A DNA stretch of 64,000 nucleotides, taken from the IMG/VR virus record IMGVR_UViG_3300044631_001772, positions 1 through 64,000 of that record; one strand, 5' to 3'. This document shows, one piece after another, positions 1 through 6,856 of this stretch. Both the position numbers and the translations under genes were made by a program. The DNA comes from an uncultured virus (IMG/VR IMGVR_UViG_3300044631_001772) (Duplodnaviria > Heunggongvirae > Uroviricota > Caudoviricetes). The notes beneath the pieces are model-generated. The model was not told the DNA's origin. It did no database searches and saw only the letters and a list, made by a program, of their open reading frames with translations. Numbering within the stretch: the first letter of the stretch is position 1; every line of letters starts with the position of its first letter.

Positions 1-2
1 TG

Positions 3-206
3 ATGACGGTTGTGATGAGTGAGGAGACCTACGCCATCATTCAGAAGCTGGCAGCGGACCGTATGGATGAACTGCTCAGCGTCTACGATGACTGTGATCA
101 GGTGCCCTATGATGCTCAACGTATCCTGGAAGCGGTGACCCATTTCAGTTCCTGGGACCGTGGGGCAGTTGAGCAACTGGCATACCTGCAACGCCAGATG
201 CCCTGA
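3..206 (+). CDS. small early-type hypothetical protein
   Basis: 67-aa ORF with the orientation and codon style of the neighbouring mini-genes; may begin upstream of the window. Confidence 0.6.
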   Translation: MTVVMSEETYAIIQKLAADRMDELLSVYDDCDQVPYDAQRILEAVTHFSSWDRGAVEQLAYLQRQMP

Positions 207-232
207 GCACACCCTACAATACTCTCAGTTCA
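161..232 (+). promoter_or_regulatory. early-type promoter unit 1
   Basis: CAGTTgagcAACTGGCATA ends at 184; 30 nt; TACAAT 215-220; ACTCTCAGTTCA; ATG at 245. Confidence 0.7.
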
Positions 233-244
233 CAAGCGAACCCG

Positions 245-505
245 ATGGCAACCGCAACCTACCAGACCAACCTGACTGACCGCACCTATAACGGTTGGAC
301 TAATTATGAGACCTGGAATGTTGTGCTCTGGATTGAGAATGATGAGAGCATTTACAACTTCATTCAGGAGAATGAAATCGCCTGCTATGAAGATTTGCTG
401 GAGGCATTCTATGAATTCGGCACTAAAGAGACTCCTGATGGTGTGAAGTGGAACGACCCTAAGATCAACCGCGCTGAGATTAACGGCGACGTGTTCGATT
501 TCTAA
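245..505 (+). CDS. conserved small phage protein (YNGWTNYETWNV motif)
   Basis: 86-aa ORF directly after a promoter unit; motif recalled from cyanophage early proteins. Confidence 0.8.
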   Translation: MATATYQTNLTDRTYNGWTNYETWNVVLWIENDESIYNFIQENEIACYEDLLEAFYEFGTKETPDGVKWNDPKINRAEINGDVFDF

Positions 506-564
506 ACCAATTGGAACGGCAGCGCCCTAAAGACTGCCGCAAACCGTACACTTTCAAATTACAA

Positions 565-699
565 ATGACTCGCGACCTTGCTATCTCCCTGCTGCGTTCT
601 GGCAACGACGGCGACAGCATTCTCCAGATCCTGGAAACAATCGCCTCCGATGATAGTATCAGCAACGCCGAACCTACTTCAGACCCTATCGACTTCTGA
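565..699 (+). CDS. small hypothetical protein (44 aa, MTRDLAISLLRSGNDG...)
   Basis: ATG 565 follows TACACT 547-552 and hairpin CGGCAG..CTGCCG 517-539; preferred over the track's TTG start at 511. Confidence 0.65.
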   Translation: MTRDLAISLLRSGNDGDSILQILETIASDDSISNAEPTSDPIDF

Positions 700-704
700 T
701 CATA

Positions 705-777
705 CTGTGCCACTTCGATAGGTGGCACAGCGGAGGGTTCCTCCCTCCCCTTTGCCCCCTACAATACTTTCAGTTCA
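705..777 (+). promoter_or_regulatory. early-type promoter unit 2
   Basis: inverted repeat CTGTGCCAC-N8-GTGGCACAG 705-730; hairpin GGAGGG..CCCTCC; TACAAT 760-765; ACTTTCAGTTCA. Confidence 0.75.
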
Positions 778-789
778 CAAGGCAACCCG

Positions 790-999
790 ATGACCACCGC
801 CACCGCCACCGTCTACGGTGTGTTCACGATGGGCACCGACTACTACGACTCTGAGTTGGTGCTGCACACCCTCTACGCTGACCCTGCCGATGCTGACCGC
901 CTGGCATCCGAACTCCGCGCCATGACGGAGGCAGAGTATGGCTGCCCTGATGAGCCCGTCTACAGCGCGGTGGAGGTTCAGGCGCTGACGGTTCTCTGA
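790..999 (+). CDS. small acidic hypothetical protein
   Basis: 69-aa ORF following promoter unit 2. Confidence 0.75.
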   Translation: MTTATATVYGVFTMGTDYYDSELVLHTLYADPADADRLASELRAMTEAEYGCPDEPVYSAVEVQALTVL

Positions 1000-1055
1000 T
1001 TGGCACAAGGGGGGCGCAGACGCCCCCACCGACCCCTTATACTGATCTCAGTTCA
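986..1055 (+). promoter_or_regulatory. early-type promoter unit 3
   Basis: TGACGGTTctctGATTGGCACA ends at 1007; hairpin GGGGCG-caga-CGCCCC; TATACT 1038-1043 (30-nt gap); GATCTCAGTTCA. Confidence 0.7.
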
Positions 1056-1066
1056 AACGACACCTG

Positions 1067-1228
1067 ATGACCCGCTACGACGTGATCTGCCCCTCCGCTC
1101 CCTGGGAGAACACTACCACCGATGCCGACCGCGCATGGGACCTCTGCCTGGACCTCTCTGAGGAGTACGGCTACGCCCAGGTCCGCTGCAACGGGGTGAT
1201 CATCGGAGACTACACTGAGGGGCGCTGA
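1067..1228 (+). CDS. small hypothetical protein (53 aa, MTRYDVICPSAPWENTTTDADRAWDLCLDLSEEYGYAQV...)
   Basis: translated by hand, below the track cut-off; follows promoter unit 3. Confidence 0.75.
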   Translation: MTRYDVICPSAPWENTTTDADRAWDLCLDLSEEYGYAQVRCNGVIIGDYTEGR

Positions 1229-1244
1229 CCCCCCGCTGATCTGC

Positions 1245-1262
1245 TACAATACTCTCAGTTCA
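1245..1262 (+). promoter_or_regulatory. early-type promoter unit 4 (-10 and start motif only)
   Basis: TACAATACTCTCAGTTCA identical to 215-232; upstream palindrome not recognisable. Confidence 0.65.
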
Positions 1263-1276
1263 ACCGACACCGACCG

Positions 1277-1453
1277 ATGATTCTTTCTCCCGCCACCCGC
1301 CTGCATGATCGCCAGACCGTGTGGGTTGCCCGTAAGAATGACGACACCCCCTTTAACCGCCTGACGACTGAATGGGGCATCCCCGCCACCGTGTACGCTG
1401 CCCAGTTCGCCGAAGTACACGCCGCCGACGTTCGGCAGGCGCAGTGGGGTTGA
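1277..1453 (+). CDS. small hypothetical protein (58 aa, MILSPATRLHDRQTVWVARK...)
   Basis: translated by hand; follows promoter unit 4. Confidence 0.7.
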   Translation: MILSPATRLHDRQTVWVARKNDDTPFNRLTTEWGIPATVYAAQFAEVHAADVRQAQWG

Positions 1454-1478
1454 CCCCCTGCCGCCGACCCTGTAGAAT
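1450..1478 (+). promoter_or_regulatory. sigma70-like promoter
   Basis: TTGACC 1450-1455, 17 nt, TAGAAT 1473-1478. Confidence 0.7.
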
Positions 1479-1500
1479 TCTCTCAACCGCAACCCACCCG

Positions 1501-1710
1501 ATGAACACCCCCACCGTGATGACCGCCGCCGAACTGAATGCTGCCATCGCATCGGGTGCCATGCGCCTGACCCGTCTGCCCCGTCGTGGTCCCCGTAAGG
1601 GCGAAGCGACTGCTAACCGTGTTGGTGGTGGTGGCACCGCGTGGCGCCCTTCTGTTGCTGCGGGTCACGCCAACCGCCACATCCGCAACGGGTCGCCTGC
1701 CCTGCGGTGA
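1501..1710 (+). CDS. small Arg/Gly-rich basic hypothetical protein (69 aa)
   Basis: ATG 1501 downstream of the promoter; C-terminal part of track ORF 1372..1710. Confidence 0.65.
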   Translation: MNTPTVMTAAELNAAIASGAMRLTRLPRRGPRKGEATANRVGGGGTAWRPSVAAGHANRHIRNGSPALR

Positions 1711-1729
1711 CCCCATCCCCTGCCCCCTG

Positions 1730-1860
1730 CGTTCGTTCGTGGGGGGCAGTTCGTTCGTTCGTGATCGACAGTGCCCCGCCGCCGCGCCCGATCGGGGGCG
1801 CCCCCGTGTTATAAAAACGCACCACTACCCTAAGCTATAAACGACCCAGATCGACCTCTA
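1730..1860. other. non-coding GC-to-AT boundary with GTTC repeats and palindromes
   Basis: GTTC tandem repeats 1731-1740 and 1749-1762; CCCGATCGGG 1787-1796; CGGGGGCGCCCCCG 1793-1806; then TTATAAAAA. Confidence 0.6.
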
Positions 1861-1928
1861 AATATCTCCCTGATTCAAAAATCCCGGAAGAATATATAAA
1901 TTTGAAAAAGGTCAATGATAATACAGAA

Positions 1929-2102
1929 ATGAAAAAAAATTCCGGTGATATTTTTGAGTCTCTACAGGTCGATCCAATTTCGGGCGATTATTATTTGATT
2001 ATACCTGAGCAAGTTATCAATGATCTTTCTTGGTACGAGGATACAGAAATTCAAATACATGTAGAGGGCAATGAAGTTATTCTGTCAGAAAGAGTTGATT
2101 GA
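1929..2102 (+). CDS. AbrB/MazE-like small DNA-binding protein
   Basis: GDYYLIIPEQVINDLSWYEDTEIQIHVEGNEVIL fits the swapped-hairpin pattern; TTG 1902 is an alternative start. Confidence 0.6.
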   Translation: MKKNSGDIFESLQVDPISGDYYLIIPEQVINDLSWYEDTEIQIHVEGNEVILSERVD

Positions 2103-2127
2103 CAGGTAATACATAATAGAGTATGAT
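2099..2127 (+). promoter_or_regulatory. sigma70-like promoter
   Basis: TTGACA 2099-2104, 17 nt, TATGAT 2122-2127. Confidence 0.8.
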
Positions 2128-2149
2128 ACTGAAGTAAACAACTTATCTT

Positions 2150-2908
2150 ATGGCTAAAGGATTTACAGTAAAAGCAAAATCGCCAGTGACCGATTCAAAT
2201 GCACCAGAATGGGACTTTGATCTGGCAAAAGAAATGGTGCGGGGAAAATCAATCGTATTCTGCTTACCTGGCAGAGGTGTTTCTTATACCTATCTCAAAA
2301 ACTTTGTACAACTTTGTTTTGATCTTGTACAATCAGGTGCAAGTATTCAAATCTCGCAAGACTATTCATCCATGGTAAACTTTGCAAGATGCAAATGTTT
2401 AGGTGCGAATGTACTGCGTGGACCTGACCAGATTCCTTGGGACGGCAAACTTAAGTATGATTGGCAACTTTGGATTGATTCAGACATCGTTTTCAATACT
2501 GAAAAGTTTTGGCAATTGATTCTAATGGATAAAGACATTGCTGCTGGTTGGTATGCAACTGAAGACGGGCACACGACATCAGTTGCTCATTGGTTAGAAG
2601 AAGATGATTTCAGAAATAATGGTGGAGTGATGAATCATGAAACTGTTGAAAGTATCTCAAAGCGTCGTAAACCATTTACTGTTGATTATACAGGTTTTGG
2701 TTGGCTTCTAATTAAGCATGGTGTTTTTGAAAATTCAGAAATGAAATATCCTTGGTTTGCGCCAAAGATGCAAGTCTTTGAGTCTGGTGAGGTTCAAGAC
2801 ATGTGTGGTGAAGATGTATCGTTCTGTTTAGATGCTAAAGAAGCAGGATTTGAAATCTGGTGCGATCCTCGTATTAGAGTCGGGCACGAGAAGTCAAGAA
2901 TCATTTGA
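2150..2908 (+). CDS. GT-A fold glycosyltransferase-like protein
   Basis: WIDSDIVF (DxD), TGFGWLLIK, GEDVSFC and RVGHEK motifs. Confidence 0.75.
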   Translation: MAKGFTVKAKSPVTDSNAPEWDFDLAKEMVRGKSIVFCLPGRGVSYTYLKNFVQLCFDLVQSGASIQISQDYSSMVNFARCKCLGANVLRGPDQIPWDGKLKYDWQLWIDSDIVFNTEKFWQLILMDKDIAAGWYATEDGHTTSVAHWLEEDDFRNNGGVMNHETVESISKRRKPFTVDYTGFGWLLIKHGVFENSEMKYPWFAPKMQVFESGEVQDMCGEDVSFCLDAKEAGFEIWCDPRIRVGHEKSRII

Positions 2909-2912
2909 TAGA

Positions 2913-3107
2913 ATGTCTAACGAATGTTACAATATTCTTTGTAAAGGGCGCAGAATTTATACGTCGCTCACAGAGGAAGAATATTTCAATATAATGGAGG
3001 ACCTGTCGATTGAGTATTATCGGACAGGTTCTCCACAACCTGAAGATCTTGAAACTGAAATTTTATTGGAGAATACAACATGGCTGCAAAATCAAAAGTT
3101 GGATTGA
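2913..3107 (+). CDS. conserved hypothetical protein
   Basis: ATG 2913, 4 nt after the upstream stop; YNILCKGRRIYTSLTEEEYFNIMEDL. Confidence 0.7.
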   Translation: MSNECYNILCKGRRIYTSLTEEEYFNIMEDLSIEYYRTGSPQPEDLETEILLENTTWLQNQKLD

Positions 3108-3235
3108 ATAAGAATAGTTCTTATAATCCAGGTCCTCCTAAAAAGTCTCGTCAGGGATGTGGTAATGGAACTAAATATGCTGCGTCTTCTCGTAACGTAG
3201 CACGTAAAAAGTATCGCGGACAAGGTAAAGGTTAA
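3080..3235 (+). CDS. small basic protein (51 aa, ...PKKSRQG...SSRNVARKKYRGQGKG)
   Basis: translated by hand; GGAG upstream; TAATG overlap with the next gene. Confidence 0.7.
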   Translation: MAAKSKVGLNKNSSYNPGPPKKSRQGCGNGTKYAASSRNVARKKYRGQGKG

Positions 3236-3825
3236 TGTATCTAATCGAAGGTGATGAAGAATGGAATCATATTCATTCTGAAGACCTTTGGATCTATAAT
3301 AAATTATTTCTAAGTCGGGTTTTGGGGTATAAATGTGGTCCTGTTGGGACTACAGTTCCTCAACCCGACTTTTATATTGTGCGTCCGATGGTTAATATTT
3401 TGGGAATGGGGCGGTTTGCTCGTAAAGAATGGATTGAAAAGTACACCTGTACATTTCATCCTGGCGAATTTTGGTGTGAGATCTTTGAAGGTGAGCATTT
3501 GAGTGTTGATTTTTATCATCAGACCTCAGAACTCGTTGTATTAGGCACTCGTGACCAAGAGGATCCTTATTATAAGTGGAAGAGATGGGAAAAGATCGAT
3601 AGAAAAATCGTTTTCCCTGATGTATTAAAGAACTTGAAGGGTGATTATGACTGGATTAATTGTGAATTTATTGGTAATCAGTTAATCGAAGTTCATTTTC
3701 GTCGAAATCCAGACTTTCGCTATGATAATTCAGTTGCGATTCCAGTTTGGGATGATGAAAAAGTTGAAAATATGAGATTTATTGAAGACTCTGATTATCT
3801 ACGCAAGGGTTTTTATGTGGAATAA
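3235..3825 (+). CDS. putative ATP-grasp-like protein
   Basis: YIVRP..N..GMG, EIFEGEHLSVD and NCEFIG..LIEVHFRRNP resemble ATP-grasp motifs (IEVNPR-like); fold is inferred. Confidence 0.5.
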   Translation: MYLIEGDEEWNHIHSEDLWIYNKLFLSRVLGYKCGPVGTTVPQPDFYIVRPMVNILGMGRFARKEWIEKYTCTFHPGEFWCEIFEGEHLSVDFYHQTSELVVLGTRDQEDPYYKWKRWEKIDRKIVFPDVLKNLKGDYDWINCEFIGNQLIEVHFRRNPDFRYDNSVAIPVWDDEKVENMRFIEDSDYLRKGFYVE

Positions 3826-3863
3826 ATAAATTTTTACTAAAAATTGAGTTGAAAAAGATTTCA

Positions 3864-4190
3864 ATGGGGAAACACCTACTTTTAGAGGTGTATGATGTTC
3901 AGTTTGACTTAATCAATGACGTAGAATCTCTACAGAACGTCATGATTAAGGGAATTGAACGTGCAAAGATGACAATCTTGAACACTTTTTCGCATTGTTT
4001 TCTCCCACAAGGGTGTACAGTCGTGATTGCGTTAGCAGAAAGTCATGTTTCTTGTCATACTTGGCCAGAAAATGGGTGTTTGGCAGTCGATGTGTACACT
4101 TGTGGCGAAGGAAACCCACGCTTAATCGCTCTAGAAATTCTCAAATATCTGGATTCAGATAATTATTCTCTTCGGGAAGTCGAACGTTAA
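3864..4190 (+). CDS. speD: S-adenosylmethionine decarboxylase proenzyme
   Basis: GKHLL..., LAESHVSCHTWPE (E-S self-cleavage site), DVYTCG; TTG 3849 is an alternative start. Confidence 0.9.
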   Translation: MGKHLLLEVYDVQFDLINDVESLQNVMIKGIERAKMTILNTFSHCFLPQGCTVVIALAESHVSCHTWPENGCLAVDVYTCGEGNPRLIALEILKYLDSDNYSLREVER

Positions 4191-4198
4191 ATAGAAAT

Positions 4199-4253
4199 AA
4201 GGAGATAGCAACCTCCTTTATAAAAGTTCTGTTTTATTTTTAAAACAGGAGCT
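4199..4253 (+). promoter_or_regulatory. tandem RNA hairpins, the second occluding a Shine-Dalgarno
   Basis: AAGGAG-atagcaac-CTCCTT; TTCTGTTTTA-tttt-TAAAACAGGA covering AGGAG before ATG 4257. Confidence 0.55.
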
Positions 4254-4256
4254 AAA

Positions 4257-4505
4257 ATGTCTAATTTACCAGTAGATAGGGACAAAGACTACATGTATGA
4301 AATGTGGGGCACAAACCAACTAATCACTGATTATGACAATGCACCCAAAAAAAGAGTCATTCAGGAAGTAATGCATGACAGAGCACCAAAACATGACTTC
4401 AGAAAACAAGTCGAGTTGCATGAAAAAATTAGAAATGATGAAGATTATGATGATTGGGATTATGGAACTGAACCAACCTATGGTTCTTCCTGGAAATCAA
4501 CATAA
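4257..4505 (+). CDS. conserved hypothetical protein upstream of gp25
   Basis: 82-aa ORF with AGGAG ribosome-binding site. Confidence 0.8.
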   Translation: MSNLPVDRDKDYMYEMWGTNQLITDYDNAPKKRVIQEVMHDRAPKHDFRKQVELHEKIRNDEDYDDWDYGTEPTYGSSWKST

Positions 4506-4529
4506 ATAAATAAAGAAATTTTATGTCCC

Positions 4530-4931
4530 ATGTCTGTTACAAGGATATCTAGATCGTTTAAAGATATTAGTTTATCCTTTGAACCTCATCCGGTGACAAA
4601 GGATCTTGCTGTTTTGAAAAATGAACGTGCAATTATGCGTTCAATTCGTAACTTAGTTGAAACAATTCCAACAGAAAGATTCTTTAATTCACTTCTTGGA
4701 TCAAACGTTCGTTCAAGTTTATTTGATTTTGTAGATTATGGTACTGCTTCATTGATTAAAGATCAAATTGAGAACACAATTTCAAATTTTGAACCAAGAG
4801 TTAATAATGTTTCAGTTGATGTTAATCCTCTTCCAGATTTAAATCAATTTGATGTGACTGTTGTTTATGACATTATTGGACAAGAACTTCCCACACAAGA
4901 CTATTCGTTCATTTTAGAGGCAGCAAGATAA
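4530..4931 (+). CDS. gp25: baseplate wedge subunit gp25
   Basis: FKDISLSF..HPVTKD, ERFFNSLLGS, NFEPRV; precedes gp6. Confidence 0.92.
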   Translation: MSVTRISRSFKDISLSFEPHPVTKDLAVLKNERAIMRSIRNLVETIPTERFFNSLLGSNVRSSLFDFVDYGTASLIKDQIENTISNFEPRVNNVSVDVNPLPDLNQFDVTVVYDIIGQELPTQDYSFILEAAR

Positions 4932-4932
4932 A

Positions 4933-6855
4933 ATGCCTTTTACTAAATTTACCAATCTAGATTTTGATCAGATTAAGACATCCATCAAAGATTATCTCCG
5001 TGCAAACTCTACGTTTACGGATTTTGACTTTGATGGGTCTAATTTTTCTGTTCTGATTGACACGTTAGCGTATAACACATATATTACTGCTTTTAACTCA
5101 AACTTGGTTGTCAACGAATCTTTCTTAGATTCAGCAACCGTAAGAGAAAATGTTGTTTCTCTCGCAAGAAACATTGGATATGTACCACGCTCTAGAACCG
5201 CCTCTACAGCGTCTATATCTTTTAATGTTAGTACATCAGCAAGCACATCTACATTGACCTTACAGGCGGGTCTGGTGTGCGTTGGTACAGCGAATGGAAC
5301 TTCATATGTCTTTTCATCACCACAAAATGTCTCTGCGACTGTTGTAAATGGAACAGCATCTTTTAATAATATTCAGGTTAAAGAAGGAACATTTCTTAAG
5401 AAGCAATTTACTGTTGATGGATCATTAGATCAAAAGTTTATATTGGATAACTCCTTTATAGATTCTTCAACAATTGTTGTTTATGTAAAAGGAACGAGTG
5501 ATAGTGGACTGGGCAGACAATATAATCTTGTAGAAAATATTTTTGATATTGATTCAAATTCAGAAATTTTCTTATTACAAGAAGTTCAAGACGAAAAATA
5601 TCAAATTTTCTTTGGTGATGGTAGATTTGGTAAAAAACTTGAAAATGGGTCAATTATTACAGTAAGTTATATTGTTACTGATGGCAAAGATGGTAACGGT
5701 GCCAGCGACTTTTCTTTTGCAGGAACACTGAAAGATTCGAGTGATAATACCATTGTTCCAACAAACACCATTACAGTTACAACAAATCAAAAATCACAAA
5801 ATGGTTCCGATATTGAAAGTCTAGATTCAATTAAGTATTTTGCACCAAGAATATATTCATCACAGTATCGGGCAGTAACTGGAAGAGATTATGAGGCAAT
5901 TATCAAATCAAAAGTTTATCCAGATACTGAGTCAGTCTCTGTAATTGGTGGTGAAGAATTAACTCCGCCACGATTTGGAAAAGTTTTAATTAGTATTAAA
6001 CCTAAGAATGGGACATACGTATCAGATTTTGACAAGCAGCAAATTAAAAATAAACTAAAACAATATACAATTGCTGGCATTGAACCAGAAATCATCGATC
6101 TTCAAGTTCTTTATGTTGAAATTGATTCATCCATTTATTATAACTATGCACAAGTTTCTACCGTAGAGGATTTAAAAACCAATGTTAAGAATTCTCTTAC
6201 AACTTATGCAAAATCACCAAACCTAAATGCTTTTGGTGGAAGATTTAAGTATAGTAAAGTCTTGCAAGTCATTGATAATACTGATTCTGCTATTACATCT
6301 AACATTACTAAAGTTAGAATCAGAAGAGATTTAAAAGTAAAACTTAATACTCCAACTCAATATGAAATTTGTTACGGTAATCAGTTTCACGTAAAATCAT
6401 CTGGTTATAATATCAAATCTACTGGTTTTACTATTAGTGGTGATCCAGATACAGTTTACTTTACAGATACTCCAAACTCAGATCTTAAAACGGGAACAAT
6501 CTCAATTGTTAAACCATCTCCAGTAATTTCTGGCGTGGGAACAACGTCTATCGCAAAAACACCGATTCTTGTTAGATCTGCAGGTACTGTTGACTATGAA
6601 AAGGGCGAAATACTTTTAGGGGCAATTACTGTCACATCTACTTCTCTTGCTGATGACATTATCGAGATCCAAGCATATCCAGAATCAAACGATGTACTCG
6701 GATTGAAGGATCTTTATGTTTCATTTGACATCTCAAAAAGCACAATAAATATGGTTAAAGATGTTATTACATCTGGTGATGATATATCAGGTGTGGTATT
6801 TTCAAAAGATTCTTATAGATCAAGCTATTCTAACGGGGAACTAACGAGGTCGTAA
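4933..6855 (+). CDS. gp6: baseplate wedge subunit gp6
   Basis: LDFDQIK, LAYNTY, ESFLDSATVRENVVSLARNIGY, FGDG, RAVT..DY. Confidence 0.95.
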   Translation: MPFTKFTNLDFDQIKTSIKDYLRANSTFTDFDFDGSNFSVLIDTLAYNTYITAFNSNLVVNESFLDSATVRENVVSLARNIGYVPRSRTASTASISFNVSTSASTSTLTLQAGLVCVGTANGTSYVFSSPQNVSATVVNGTASFNNIQVKEGTFLKKQFTVDGSLDQKFILDNSFIDSSTIVVYVKGTSDSGLGRQYNLVENIFDIDSNSEIFLLQEVQDEKYQIFFGDGRFGKKLENGSIITVSYIVTDGKDGNGASDFSFAGTLKDSSDNTIVPTNTITVTTNQKSQNGSDIESLDSIKYFAPRIYSSQYRAVTGRDYEAIIKSKVYPDTESVSVIGGEELTPPRFGKVLISIKPKNGTYVSDFDKQQIKNKLKQYTIAGIEPEIIDLQVLYVEIDSSIYYNYAQVSTVEDLKTNVKNSLTTYAKSPNLNAFGGRFKYSKVLQVIDNTDSAITSNITKVRIRRDLKVKLNTPTQYEICYGNQFHVKSSGYNIKSTGFTISGDPDTVYFTDTPNSDLKTGTISIVKPSPVISGVGTTSIAKTPILVRSAGTVDYEKGEILLGAITVTSTSLADDIIEIQAYPESNDVLGLKDLYVSFDISKSTINMVKDVITSGDDISGVVFSKDSYRSSYSNGELTRS

Positions 6856-6856
6856 T

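Noticed and set aside
215..1262. TACAATACTCTCAGTTCA repeats as a CRISPR array or integron attC sites
   Set aside because: Spacing is irregular, each copy contains a -10 box and precedes an ATG, and no integrase or cas gene is present; promoters explain them better.
480..1840. Overlapping and minus-strand ORFs in the GC-rich island (480..728, 775..1029, 824..1006, 1244..1552, 1353..1637, 1483..1716, 1586..1840, 1613..1825)
   Set aside because: GC-rich DNA has few stop codons; the promoter-led plus-strand mini-genes account for the region.
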